DNA from: Tubiluchus corallicola
Taxonomy: Eukaryota; Animalia; Priapulida
Assembly (NCBI GenBank): GCA_030141605.1
Contig: JAQGDQ010000740.1
Location: 1 to 64,000, forward strand
Direction of reading: 5' to 3'
Length of the DNA stretch: 64,000 nt
The notes under the pieces were generated by a model, which was given only the letters and a program-made list of their open reading frames with translations, searched no databases and was not told where the DNA came from. Positions 11,594 to 26,110 of this stretch are shown here, piece by piece (within the stretch, counting starts at the first letter, position 1; each line of letters begins with the position of its first letter). A program made the translations under genes and the position numbers.

Positions 11594-14544
11594 AAGATTA
11601 TGAGGTACTTTTGGACTTCGTGACTTTTCGTAAGCACATCTTGGCGCGGTGCTTAAACTAATTCAAACGTCTGCAGCTAACCTAATGTTAATGCAAAAAT
11701 ATCTCAAAAATAGCTATCTAATTTTTTTGTAAAAACTTATCACACTTATGCCGGATATTGATAGCGCGTTGCTTTTCTTCAGCTGATGAACGACGTCACT
11801 GGTGGAAAAATGGGTGTTCAAAATGGGAACGTCCAGGCATGAATGACAGCGACTTTGAAGTGATTTTACAAATTACTTGAGGCGCTCATCACATTTCATT
11901 ACTAAATCCTTCTAACATTTTTGCCAACATCGAAATAAGCCTAACTTCCCTTTAGCTTGGGCGTGCCATCATCACTCATCAGTCAATATCAGTCAATCTG
12001 GCCGCATGTCCATCCCACCAGTCGTGAGAGAGTAGAATATTCTTTGCAAGTCTCATTCAAGCCGCCTAATAGTTTTTGCAGTTAAGACAGCGCATTTTGT
12101 TTATTAATGTAACTATAAGTGTAACTGTAAACTATAATGAAACGGATTTTTCGCAGGGGTGAGACGCCAGAACAATGTATTAAACTTATCCCGATTGGTC
12201 ATGGGGGGGGGGGGGGTTAACGACCGAAGTAAAGCAATTCAGGGGCTGGTCAGTGAAAGAATGAATGACTGTCGGGTAAAATTTTCATTGGTAGGTAGTA
12301 CTGATTTTGGCTGTTTACCTGGTTCAGAAAGAATGTATTCACATTCAAATGTGGCCGAGACAATTTTGTCGGCTCAATGTCTCATCTTAAGCCTATGATA
12401 AGCGTTCAGCGTCTGGCTGCTGGCTTTTAGCGTCTCTCGTTACTGGGTAATGAGTTAACACAAAGGCACGACGTCTAATCTCTATGTTCTTTGCAGAAAA
12501 ACGAAATAGACGATATTAACTTTATATTTCAATGTTTTTACGTTATTTATTCGTATAACAATTCGCAGACCCAGTCATCAATGGCTGATCGAAGAACAGC
12601 TGCTGAGATGCGGACGCTCAGGAGCTTCTATCGTCTGTCTTCCAACTCCGATACCAATACCTTTGGTTTCATCATCCATTTCAAATATAAACGTTCCTTC
12701 TCACCTCCAGACGCTGGATGCTTCAGTGCATCATAGGCTTTAGAGGGTAAGTAAGACTGCAGTCGTGCCACAAGCATCCGTATTGAGTTGACCCTGTCAT
12801 TAAATGCTGAATTCCGGTTTGCAGTTTGCGTATCTGCATATATAAAATCTAGTAATCTACAGTTGATTTGTTTTTCCAGAGTCAGCAGTGATTAACATTT
12901 GGTAACCATTGTAAGCTATGCCAGTAGCTTATAGTTTGTAGTTTTAAACATTTTCGACTGATTATTTAATTACATGCATTCATATATCAGTTGCAACATA
13001 ACACAACGAAATCAATATAATATAGAAGAAAAGCTTTTGAAGAAATAGTTTGATTTTGCCGTGTAAGATGGCGCCACTGAACAGTTGTCAACCAGCACTT
13101 GAATAGCCTGGCTTCAATGTACCGATATATTAGCAGCACCTGTTCTTGGATAACATTTAGTTTTGCACATTACAATTCACTAATTTGGTCTGTACTTCCT
13201 GCTGCTTATGATCTGAACGTTTGTAATGTTTACAAATAAAGAAAAGCTATTTAGTGAACAATTCAGTATCGCTCGTTCTTTAGTTAACCTTGGCCGTAAT
13301 TTTGACAGATTTATCGAAATAAATGACTATATTAAAAGCTAAACAAACGTACAATGTTGTTGTTAAAAGTTAAACCAATTTAATTAATATTTAACTTATT
13401 TGTTTTTCATTTACACAACATTATTCTTATAAATGTGGGCCTTAGGAAGGGGTATAGTGTTAGAGCAGCAACATTGCAACATCAGTTAGTGAAGCCTGGT
13501 ATTTTACCATATTGATTTTAAATCAGCAGGCAAGCTTGTATTTATAAGGCCATTCGATCAGCTTGCTGCACACGAAAACTTTCACCAAGACGTTTCTTTA
13601 TTTTTGCCATCCCACTTTTGCAACTGCTCGAAAAAACGAATTATAATGATTAACGAACGTCGGTGTCTGCCATTTGTTAATGACAACAAGCATCAGTGAC
13701 GACAATCTGGAAAACGTCCTGCATTACTTTGCCCGAATGACATGCTACCAGAACACGGTAAGGCGCAAAACTGTTCAACAATAATTTAGACGCTTTAGCT
13801 GCTATTTTTACAGTAGAGTAGAATCACACTGTAGTAAAGTTTTATGTACGCGAAGTGGCATACTCAGCTGCTCTGTGGGTTTACATTCGTGTTTTCCGTC
13901 TTGAGATGTCATGTACGTTCCTGGTTTTGCTCCGACTTGTACTTAAAGCGCCTATGTATCTAATATGGATTCTGTTGTATCCTTTCAAAAAGGAATTATA
14001 TCTAAGACAACAACAGGAAACATGTTCAGGTAGGGTGACAAAGAGTGTTCATTACTAACAACTTCAAATGAAGGCATGCTTGGTACATTTGTAGTTTATT
14101 ATAAGGATCTGTAGCAAGTGGTACAAATGAATCTGCAGACGAAAACTTGCAAAAAATTGCAACTTCGTGGCGCGTCTTGGTTTCAAGATGTTACCTCATA
14201 ATCGCTAACTGCAAACACGTTCAAAATGTCATAATAATGATGAATTGGTAAGACAACTGTTGGTCCATGTCAGAGAAACTTTTAATAACAGATCAAAAAG
14301 AGAAGAAATGATGTTCGTAAACAAGCGATTGGCTTTTCTAGAATGATTGGTTCACGGTAGGCTCTTGCGTTCGTGTTGCATTCGGCTGTTTGATGCAACA
14401 GAGTCGTTTTCGCGGTAAAAAGTATCTATTTAAATAAGTGAAGCCACCGCAAAAGAAATAGATTGCAGATTTGAGCTAAATTAAGTGAACGTAAATCAAG
14501 TTGATCACCACCGACATAAATGTAAGTAGATTGTATTTCTAGGC

Positions 14545-14960
14545 ATTGTCACCATTGCTATTATCGTCATCGTCATCGTCGTCACCATTGTCGTCCTAGT
14601 TTCGTTTTCATCCCAATGATGACCGGTGTCATTATGTTATTATCATCGCCAGTATCGACGTTGACAGCATTGTCGTCAACATTATCATTATTATCGATGT
14701 CACCGTCACCATTGCCATCAGAAACCCCATGATCATCATCGTCCTAATCGTCATTATTATTATCATCATAATCATCGTTTTCATGATAATAATAATAATC
14801 GTAATCGTAATCATAATAACAAACATATTTGCTAGTATCATCATTGTTAACAGTCAGACAGCTATGGTTGTTGTTTTCATTATCATTTTATGATCTGCAT
14901 CATTATCATTATCATCACTATTACTAATGATCATCTTCATCATTGTCGTCGTCGTCATTA
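14545..14960. repeat. Degenerate (ATC/ATT/GTC)n low-complexity tract
   Basis: Read directly from the sequence. Confidence 0.8.
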
Positions 14961-14984
14961 CAACATTACATTACATTTTCGTGG

Positions 14985-15436
<452 letters not shown>

Positions 15437-15542
15437 TGTCACCCTTTGCTAATCTATATTCCACACACATATATGTCACTTGCAGTTGAATTACATCTAC
15501 ACCTATGCTATAATATTTATTTATTTTAAATAATTGGCGAGA

Positions 15543-15999
15543 CAAGGTTTCACTGCATGTATGCGTAATGCGTGATGCGTGATCCACGATCCGTAATGCG
15601 TACACAACAGTTTGTATTTAAATACGTTGTAGTGTTTCTATTTGTACCTAATCCACAATCCGCAATTCGTGATGTGTGATCCGTATTCACTCGAACGTGA
15701 TCGTTGTCATCTACTTCGTCACCTTGGCCACCAATGTTGTGCGCCCAGAACATGTACTTTTTTGCCGTCTAACAGTACAATAATAAGCTAACGCCAACCT
15801 GTAGTTTCGACAGAGGTGTGGCTTTCAAAAATCATTGCTTCTAATTTATTTTTACGAACAACAACCAAAAATGGCGCAAAGAGCACCGTGAACTTTTTTA
15901 ATACGCATAGCATTCACGGACAAATGGAAACAGTCAATACGTATCACGCGTTACGGATTTCGGTTCACGTATTATGCATTACGCACACGTGAAATCCTA
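15543..15999. mobile_element. MITE (hAT-like)
   Basis: The left end AAGGTTTCAC...TGCGTAATGCGTGATGCGTGATCC...ATCCGTAATGCGT mirrors the right end ACGCGTTACGGAT...TTCACGTATTATGCATTACGCACACGTGAAATCCTA. Confidence 0.6.
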
Positions 16000-18900
16000 G
16001 CTTTACTTTAACTTTAACCAAATTTGGTAAAGCAGTTGAAAAGCTGGAAAAGCTCTGAGCGGGTCGCCATCAATTAATGTCTTAATCGATCTGTTAATTA
16101 ATCATCTAGTCCATAAGTCAGTTAGTCAGCTATCCAGTCTGTCAGCCAACCTACCAACCAATAAATTAACCTACTAATCGATGTCAGTTAGTTGAAAACC
16201 TGGAATTAAAATTCTGTACTGTTACTCAGTTATCCAATTATATCCAGATAGCGATGATCAATGGTTTCAGAAAGGTCAATGGTGTTATTATTATGAAATT
16301 TTGCCAAAAAATATTGTCTGTGTCTAGATATGGTATATATTATACATCAATATACTATTTTGAGCAATTTTATACTCTAATTTCCTATGTGCCCTTTAGC
16401 TGATGAAGCCCTTGTAAATGCATTAGGGAATCAGTGCCGTATAATAGCCATGCTAATGCAGCCTCGTCCAAAGTAAAATTGGCTTCCTCGTTGACTGCTT
16501 CAGCATCGAATGATACTCAAACTAACGGCGAAGCCACTAACACTTGGGCGAGACCATTAACGTGATAGGAAAGCTGGGATGATGCGCTTGTAAATGAAGT
16601 TCAACAAACAGCCGTGAAATATTTTCCCAGCAGTGATGTCACTTACAATTTTAGGAAAACATGTTTAACTGTACAGCTGTCGTAGCATTCAGTAAAATTA
16701 GTCTATTGAATTCTATTCTATTAATTATTCTATTTTGAAATTCTGCCCGCCCAATGTCTGCAATCGGGGTATTTGAATATTCAGTGATGTCAAAGCTTTC
16801 TGCGTATTGCTACTCAATAAAATAACAATGTCCTGAGTGTTGTACCACGTGAGTGGCAGCTCATCTTGCCCAAAGATGATAGCTGATCAGAATAGACAAA
16901 GAACCTGTAATCTTCCATCGTTAATACATCTTTATTGCCATTTTACTACCAACATCATTCCCTTTGTGAACTACCCAAACAAAGGTTGTGCATGATTAGT
17001 AATGCTGTCTCACGGACACTAATAAAATCACGGTCTCGTAGAGATTATTTTTGTTTTCTTCAAAGCAAGGGGCCCTATAGAATTTTGCTCACTACTTACA
17101 TTGTCTTGACATCTTAATCTTTTCACTTTTGAGGCGTCTGTGATAGAATTCAGGGTGGGGCATAAATGAGATTTTTCATGTTGAACGTAATAATTACATA
17201 TTGATTGAGTTTTGCCCCACCGGTGCTCGTCAGAAGAGACTTTTCACTTTTTACGCGAATTCTGAAATGCTTTTGATAAACGACGGGACAGCGACTTGCT
17301 ATATTTCTCAAACCTCGTTGCATAGCAATTTAACATCTTACAAAAAAGTGAATTACAGTTATTAAGGGAGTGCAGCAATTGGCATTCGCGAGTCAAGGGT
17401 GAAAATTAGGGTGAAATTGTTTTATGGATTGGTTGTGCCATTTCACGCTTTTCAGTTCCTAGACGTTTCCTAGCAGAACTAAATGACTTAATAGAGCCAA
17501 GTTATAACAGTGTTCGTAGAGGTTATTACTGTGAAAAGTTCTGGCGTCAGCTTAGTTTGCTACGCGTTTTAACCTATTGTAGGACATAGGTGTGTTGACC
17601 CATAATTAATATGGGAATACTGTTTCATAAGCAATTAGGACCTCTTTGATAAAGCTTTTTCTGGAATTAATTAAATTTTAAATCGGTGATTGGTTTAATG
17701 AAATCTTAATCAGGCATCAAGTAATGCTATCTGTAAGTGCGACCTTCAAATGACAACTGATGTTGAATTAAATTGCACTGTTCAGCTCGTTTATATCATA
17801 CGCTTCCAGATGATGTGTAATACTGCCTTGCTTTAGACAGTGTTTATTACGAATTTTCAAACTTTACCCAGTACCAAAATGCCTTTAACAATGACTGTCC
17901 AATTTGCTTCGTCATACCGTCTATAACAACCAAAATAATCATTTGCCATCACGCTAACGGTTTAATCAAGTGAGATAAACCATAAAACATGAAGTAAGAA
18001 ACACGGATAAAGTGACATATTTCATAAGTGACATGTTGCTTACCGGCTTCAAACCATCTCTCTGTAGTGAGTTTGTTGTCCGCGTGTCAGAAGTGTTTAG
18101 TGAAGGTTTCAGATTCAAAAGATTTCTGCATGTCCACCCACTGCATTGATCTATGACTATGCAACTAGCATAAATGTGTTTAAACACGATCAAATTACAG
18201 CAGCGACACACACAGTTAATTACAGCGCATTGTGACTTCTGAAAATAATGGAAGCGCTCTAAATTCTGCTTTTCCCAATAACATTAACCTACTTGGTAAG
18301 CGAACACGTTACTTAGACGTTCTTTGTTGGTGATGCTGAGGTCGTGGGTACTTTCGTTCTGGACTTTGAAATTGCGGGTAATGATGCTGTGGATACCGAG
18401 GTTGTAGGTATGCTAATTCTGAGGCTCCTGAGATTGGAGATACTACGGTTGTAGGTACTGAGGATGGGGGTATTGAGGCGATGGGTAATAAGGTCATGGA
18501 CATCATATTTGAGGGAGCTAAATTTTCAAGTGACGCAAGAAAACAGTGTCAAATATGTACGTTTTTTCCCCGTAGTTTCTTCCGTGATAAAAATCCACAC
18601 TTTTGTGAAGTTTCTGTTAGTTTTCATTATGATGACTATTAATCACAGCATAGATCAATAGATCATTCCTTCTCAATTTTACAGATCACTAAACATCACT
18701 GTTAAGTCCACGTTAACTTGCAAGCGGCTGTCTAGTAAGTAATTTAATCTGTAACCAAAGAGGCTGTTTGAAATTGAACCACATATTAAAACATTTTCCG
18801 GCATTATTATTGGTCTGTCAGCTGCTACGCAAGTGCATGTTTGCTCGCCTAAAGGCTTAAATGTATCACTGCCAAAACGTGGCCCAAGTGCTCTTTTGTA

Positions 18901-20744
18901 TGGAAAACATAGTTTTCTTAAAAATATAAAAATCACGTAACAACTTCAAAACTTTTATGTAGGTTAATAATCCTTTCATTGTAGCCTGGTGCCACGGCGC
19001 AGCAGCATTGTGTCCATTCTTTGTTTAAACGTCAAATTACTTTTGTGACGTCGCACTAGTTTTTGCCAGCATATATTGTACTAACAAGCCGCAGTGATCA
19101 TTGTCACTCATTTGCTGGACATTGCTGCCTTAACCAAAAGGCGCACTTTTAAGTTTGCCTAAGTGAGCGTGAATTCTGGATTTAAGGATACAAGACTAGC
19201 CAACAGCAGCCGGAGGGACAAAAATAAACTTTGCACAATGTTGCATTAATGAGGGTTTGCACAAGCATAAAATTCACACAGGGCTGTGTCAAGATAGTAG
19301 CGGCATTCTCATTCATCTCATTCCATTGCTGTTTTTCTGAGCTCTTGTCGGTGGGCATTTTCTTGAGTATCTTTACCATCGATTTGTGCGAGAAATGTTG
19401 CTTCGGTTTAAAGGCAATAGCAATAATTTACAGATTGGCTACGATTTCAACCAACGTTGCTATGGTGACAAGCTATAGGCAACTTTCAATACTTTTACAA
19501 GAAGCGTTCCTTGCACATTTATAAAGAAATGAGTATAAACAAACAACTTATGTGACAGAAATCGGTAGAGTCTCTTCTTCTGCGCCCGATAACCTTGGCT
19601 ATGTCCTTGGAGAGAGGGAGAAGAGGAATAGTGAATTGGTTGGTTATTAAGTGGGTTGCTTAACTCAATTATTGATCAATTGGGACATAACCAATTCTGG
19701 AGTTGGAGCTTTAAATGGCCAAATTCACATTTGTCCGTTTTTGTATTGAAGCTACGGAAATTCTACAACTTTTAGGAATTTCAAATTAAGGTACGCGATG
19801 CCAATTTGAGGTGCCAAGTATTATAAAAACTTTTTTCCTTACAGCATGGCTGTCATTGGTCAGTTTGGCTGCACGATTGCTCATTGACCGGTTACTTATG
19901 AGTTAGACTTGTAGTTGATGTTCTGTCTCGTTAGTGACGAGGTGGGTAATCTATATCCGGTTAAAATCCGAGATAACTGAAGAAATTTAAACATTCTAAA
20001 CGGTAACGTGCAGCGTTAATTTTACATTTTCTGGGCTTTATGAAAGCACTCCTCAAAACTAAGCCTATTAAAAAAACTTCCGGTCTGTTACAGCAATCGA
20101 GCCTATTCTATTTGTTTACCCTAAGTTGGAAAATTGGTTAAGTTATGATTTGATACCCAAACTAACATAATTATAAATTCTGCACTCAAAACGAGAGACT
20201 GCTGAATGTACATCTGGGATGATGCCAACCGCTTCGACAGCTAGGCACTAGGGAGTTTCACGAAATATTAACGGCTGAACTGGCTTGACACCCGCCTAAC
20301 GTTACAGGCTGATAATGACCAGCTAAAGGTTTCTCCTGTGATATGTAAACATCTCCCAGGTCAGTTACTGGATATTCGTGACAAGGACACACTAAAAAGC
20401 CTCGTTGCCATTTCGGTTGGCTTCTTGCTTTTAGACCACGATTGCCAAGTTTCACTTTAGTTTTTGCTTCAGCAGTACTTTAATATTGAACAGACGATGG
20501 GCGGTGGATTGTTGATGTTGTCGCAGTGACCCGCATAAGCTGTTTGGGCTGAACAGATAAATGCGTAGAACTTTTTATTCAAACTTGCGCACAAAAAACG
20601 TTTGCTACTTTTTTACACGGGCAGCTTTACTTTGCTCTTTCCTCTACTCTGTTTTATAATAGATGGTAACACAGTGCTGCATTTGGGATCAGAAGTATCC
20701 TTCGAAGGACTTCTTGCATAACACACGTTCATAATTATCGGTAT

Positions 20745-20878
20745 CATCACCACCACTGCTATAATCATCATCACCATCATCATCACCATCATTATCATTA
20801 TCATCATCACTTCCACCATACCACCACCACCATTATCGTCGTCGTCGTCACCATCATCGTCTCTGTTACCTTTCTGAA

Positions 20879-20913
<35 letters not shown>
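20745..20913. repeat. (ATC/CAC)n followed by (CT)n microsatellites
   Basis: Read directly from the sequence. Confidence 0.85.
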
Positions 20914-20915
<2 letters not shown>

Positions 20916-22985
20916 TATGAAATATGTACATACTTACATTTTACCGTATTTTTATTGTATTCTTAGATCTATTTATTCACTAGTTAGAGCTATTGACGCC
21001 TACAGTGAATTTATGTCTAGAATCTAGATGTATAAACAGTAGAACGAATGTCTATATACTGCAACCTAATAAAGCCAAAATGTAGATACGGTAAACTTAA
21101 CCCACAATTGCTAGGTTTGATTTATGTGTGTAACGTTTCATTGTTATTTATGTATTGTATTGCAATATGGACTGTTCTGAAGAAAAGAATTCAACAATCA
21201 CTCTCACTCAATTTCTTTGTCCCCTCTCTCTTCTTCCCCCGTGCTTCCCATTTACAAACTCCTCGTTTCTTTGTTAATCTTTGTCATGCTATGATGATAG
21301 ATCACCTATTTGTTTTTCATTTCTTCTTGACTGAGCGTGTTTTCAGTCAGCAAATCTATAAAAGTTGAGACTCTTTACAAAGCGCTAACGAAAAGATACA
21401 AAAAACGATGTGCGGGGAAACTGCGAAGATGATGAATAAATTCATTATAAAATTTACAAAGCGCAACAATAAGCAGCGGGGTGTGCAAAAGGGAAATGTT
21501 GATGTTGAGAAAAATATGAAATGTAAAAAGAACCAGTAGTTTATTATTTCTAAAGCCGATTTGAAATCTAAGGAAGAGAACGCGAGAAAATGCAAGTAGA
21601 TTTGGATAGGAAGTAGCCCCCAATTGAACCTATCGATACATGTGCAAGTTAAGTAGAGAAGCATTATCGTTGCTTATGTGTTGTTTGGGTGATACAGGGT
21701 GGGTCTTTTTGCATTTACAGCATTTTTCCCGAAAAATTGAGCTTGTCCACCCTGGTTTAATTAAAAATCTTAGAATTCTACTAAGCCGTGCGTACGGTGG
21801 TCATTCAAAACACTTGTCAGCGCCGAGTTTGTCAGTGTGCATGGCTCGTGTGGACACCAAAACTGATAGTAAAATTTGAATGTCATTTGAGTATGAAGCT
21901 GGTGTTGATTTCCTCAGCGTCGCTCATCATTCTCCAAATGATCAACCAGTGGTGATGCAGCTAAAAAAATGGGTCTGCTTACTGTGGGTACCAAGCTACG
22001 CACGTTCAGGAAAAACAACGAATTATTAACGAAAAACTTCTGCGTTTTATGTGTAAAAATTTCCGTGAATGACTGTATGAAGATGGAGACAGGCTTTTAT
22101 AGACTTGTACGGGGAAGTGTATATACTTGCACCCGTACTGAGGTGACTAAGATGCAAATCATGCAAAAGCTCAAGCTTTTTGCTTTATACAATGACAAAC
22201 TGCTCTTTCTGCATTGTGAAAATTTGTCCAGTAAGTTATCGAACATGCTTGGTGTCATCCGAATATAATTCTAAAAAGTACTTCGCGCTTTTCGTAGCTC
22301 AGTTACTGAAATATTTGATAATAACTCCCTTTGTTATCATTTTTGCCGCACAACTTTGTTTATATCCTTTATTTTTCCTTTGATTTTGTCATCCCTTTGC
22401 AGTACATGCTAAAAAGTTAAGGTCGTTTCTATACAAACAGTTATGGCGCTATTTCATCCCTTCTACAGTTATGTACAAAGCATATAGTACATATGTGTAT
22501 GTTCAGTGCTTTGAATGTTAATCTTTTGAAGGTGTTTTAGCTGCCATTGTTTTCATGGACCGTGTGTACTAGGCAGTTGATTTCAGGAAAAGTGGAGTTA
22601 ATTTCTTCTGGTGTGTTAATATGACACTACAGTTTCATCACATGGTTAAATTAGTTACTAACTTGCTGTAGATTTCGACATTTAATTTTTCTTTTCTCTC
22701 CTCTTTCGTTTTTGCTTGTAATCTGACCCACCATTTAAACCAGCGAATGATCCGTTTTTAAGCTGGTGCACGTTTTTTCTACTCAAACGGCTTCGCATCA
22801 TCAAGTGCGTCTTTTCCAAGTTCTCTTGTAACTGATGATTTTGCTTGAAGTCTTAGCGCTGTACTACGGAGGTCTGCTTGGGTCGATGTCTTTTACATAA
22901 TAATTGATGATGGTACGAGATGTGTGCACTTTCTGTATTAGTGGATTTTTGTGAAGTTAAACACAAAGTTTCTAAACATTCTTCT

Positions 22986-23215
22986 GCGTGTTAAAGTAAG
23001 CTATCGTAGCACGTTTCAGTCAACATTTTAGGCCTTTACTAATTATTGTGTTAAGGTGCAAGAATTAAACATTCATAACAGTGTAAGCGTAAGCATGCTA
23101 AAACTAGAGCATGAGTTTTTAACCATTGCATGTTAAAGTAAGTTACCCTAGCACGTTTCTGTCAACGTCTAGGCCTTTACTAATTATTATTATGTTAAGG
23201 TGTAAGAATTACACA
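22986..23215. repeat. About 85-bp direct repeat, two copies (22986-23071 and 23127-23215)
   Basis: TGTTAAAGTAAG.TA.C.TAGCACGTTTC.GTCAAC...TAGGCCTTTACTAATTATT...TGTTAAGGTG.AAGAATTA is present twice. Confidence 0.85.
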
Positions 23216-25314
23216 GAATAATGTTACTCAATAGAAGTGCGAACCCACGCCATGACATAAAGTCACTACCTCCTGGTAAAAATCTTTTTTATTTTGTGAC
23301 CTTGGTTTTATTGTGAATACAAAACACTGGTTAAGAAGATAAGATGCAGTTAAAAAAAATTGGCAATTAAACAATAAAAAAGTCAACTTATATTAATTTG
23401 TAGCACATTACTTTCGAATAAAAGAAAAACTGCAACAAATCGCTGAATACAGGTTTTCATACTTTATAATTGTGTATAACGTTTATAACACAAATTAGGA
23501 ATTATGCAAAATATAACATCAAAAAACTGCAAAAGTGAAGAAACATAAACAGTACAGAATATTGATGATAATATTCCTAAGATACCACAGAAATAACATA
23601 TTTATAAACAACTAAATTGCGCCGACACGGGCTGTCATGGGATTCAAATTCAAGTCGCCTCAGTCACTCGGCTGACTGTGCTCACCCATCCACTCTCGAG
23701 ATCTGCACTCTTTCTGCTGATTAGGTACATTTGACTTTGTAGTACTGTATGCAATTGATCAAAATTCCATAAAAGGTAATGCATTGTGGCCGTTACCGGA
23801 GCAAATGAACAAGCCGTTAACGGAGCCAAATGAACAAAAGTTAGTTATACTTTATAGTTATAGTTTATTTATTCCAAAAGTGAAGTACAACCGCGGCAAT
23901 ATCTTAGACAATGTAGAAATAACATGAGAAATACTCTTATCTAAGATATATCCTAATGATTAATGCAGCACAAATAATTATTAGCTCACATCAAATGAAC
24001 TTGTAAGGCCTGAGCCGAACAGACAATATGGTATAACTGAAGTGCATGAGGCGCAAGATAAAAGGAAGGAAAGCCTGAAAGGCAATGAGTGTGAAGATGT
24101 GGTAATAAAGTCGATGAAATAATGGAGAATGACAAGATGTAGGGATTAGCTTTACATTAAGATTTTAAGAAGGTTAAGAAGCCGTATGGCTTCTTACCAA
24201 CCAACAAAAGAGGCAACGTCAAAAGAGCTGGTAATCCGGGCACACTGAACAGGTGTCAAAATGAATTTACTTCTTCTTAGTTTTTCAATTTCTTTTTCTT
24301 CTTCTTCTTTAGCCGTCTACACTTACTGTCTTACTCTGGTTTTCTATTATATTTTCAATACTATCACGTTACACCGAATGATAAGCTTTAAAATAATTGC
24401 AAATGGTATATATTAGAGTTATGTTCTAATACGAAAGCTTTTTACCTTTTGTTATAGTTGAGAACAGTACGTTCACATCTCTTACACAAGCAAAAATCAG
24501 AATGCATGCAAGTAAACAAGGCCAGCCTCGGTACATAATCCATGCTTGAACTGCGGTTAATGCGCGTGTTTATAGATCGCAACTGTAATATTTGTAGCAT
24601 GAACCCAAGGCATAATATTGATTACAACACGTTTTTATCCCTAAGCCGCTTTAGATCTATAATCTTTTGTTACTTTATGAGCGAAAACGTAATTTAATAT
24701 TCACTTCTTAACATTATGTTGTCAGGTATATTAGAGTCAGTATGACGTATTACTGTAGCTGTAATTATAACAAGGCCTAATTAGTATACCGAATGAAGTA
24801 GCTTAGTGTTCACGACGTGTGTGTTTAGCTACGAAGTGTGCCTAGTTTAGTTAGAGTAGACCACTACCGGAAAAGACGCTTCTGGGTGGTAATCTACTGT
24901 TTTGAGATATGATGTAAAAAAAACCAAACGTGGCTATCCGTTGCTTGATATACCATTGAAACAAGACACAAAAGAATAAAGACAAAGAATATTCTTTGAC
25001 TAGAATCGTTCCTTTAGTTTAAGCAAAAATTTTGAACTTGCATGTATAAATCTTATTACATTTAATATTTTTAAATTTTTGTAATAGGTTTAATGTATGG
25101 CAGGCTGTTTGGTGCAGCAAATTGCTTTGTCGTACAAAAGTTCTAAAAAATTAAACAATTTAAATGGCTTTAACGATCATTCGACATAGTCTAAGGAGCT
25201 CAGTGGCTACAATTTTTCTTAAATAATAAATTTGATCTAAATAATAAATGAACACTATAAATTTAAATGCTTAACAAATGAACCTGGTGAAAACAAGAGC
25301 TTAAGCTCGATATG

Positions 25315-25590
25315 CAGGGCTGGATTACCCTATAGGCTAATATAGGCTACAGCCTAGGCTGCTAAAAGATTTTCAGATGTAATTTGTTTTTGAAAACTAA
25401 GTATAATATTTTAATATTTTGCATTGCTGACTAATTCATTTAACTTAAATAAAATTTCAACTTTAAAAAAGGAGGCCCAGGAATCTGAAAAAAGCTAAAA
25501 AAGTGGCCATTGTTTGTGGCCCCTTATTTGAGATAAAGAAGCCCTGTTAAGGAGGCCCTTAATTTCACTAGCCCCAAAAGGTCATAATCT
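25315..25590. mobile_element. Degenerate hAT-type MITE
   Basis: Begins CAGGGCTGGATT...TAGGC...GCCTAGG and has repeated GGCCC/GCCCC motifs. The right terminus is eroded. Confidence 0.4.
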
Positions 25591-25679
25591 ATTGTAGACA
25601 TAGAGCGTCTATCCTTTATTAGAGCGCACAACGGTTTCCTGTCTGCAGCTAAAATTTTCAATTCCTGTTATGCTATTGT

Positions 25680-26110
25680 TAGCTTTGGTCTCAGCTGTTG
25701 TAAATCTTTATTAATTCTTGATATTCAAGTTGTTTTTGTTTTCCTGAAGGTTGTTTAGTAGGTTTCAGTGCCTCGTTTAATGCTAATCTTACTGTTGTTG
25801 TTTCTGGCAGTCTTATTAAATGTCCTACCCATCTTAGCCTTCTGATTTTGATTTTAGTGCTCTAATGTTCTTCTTTGGTTCTGGTATAGAGCTGCTCATT
25901 TGAAAAGGTATATCGCCATTTTATTTTTAAGATTTTTCTGAGTAGACCTTCGTGATTCTGCTACCTGCGTTGCAATCAAGCCCCGTATTTCACTGATGTA
26001 CATGATTAAACTAGTTACATATGCATTGACGAGTCGCAGCCTTGTTTTGAGAGGTAGTTTCTTGTTGGGCAGAATTGATTTATTTTGAATAAAACCGTAC
26101 ATTGCCATTT
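25680..26110 (-). mobile_element. Decayed RTE-clade LINE fragment (ORF2 C-terminus)
   Basis: Minus-strand translation with stops and frameshifts: KLPLKTRLRLVNAYVTSLIMY ... IKIRRLRWVGHLIRLPETTTVRLAL ... QPSGKQKTT. Confidence 0.8.

Noticed and set aside
11830-12100. Possible RTE-like remnant on the minus strand (WDGHAARL...MSDDGTPK)
   Set aside because: Too degraded to support as a feature without a search.
16400-16435. Hammerhead-like CTGATGAAG-CCCT...AGGG
   Set aside because: Lacks the required GAAA after stem II.
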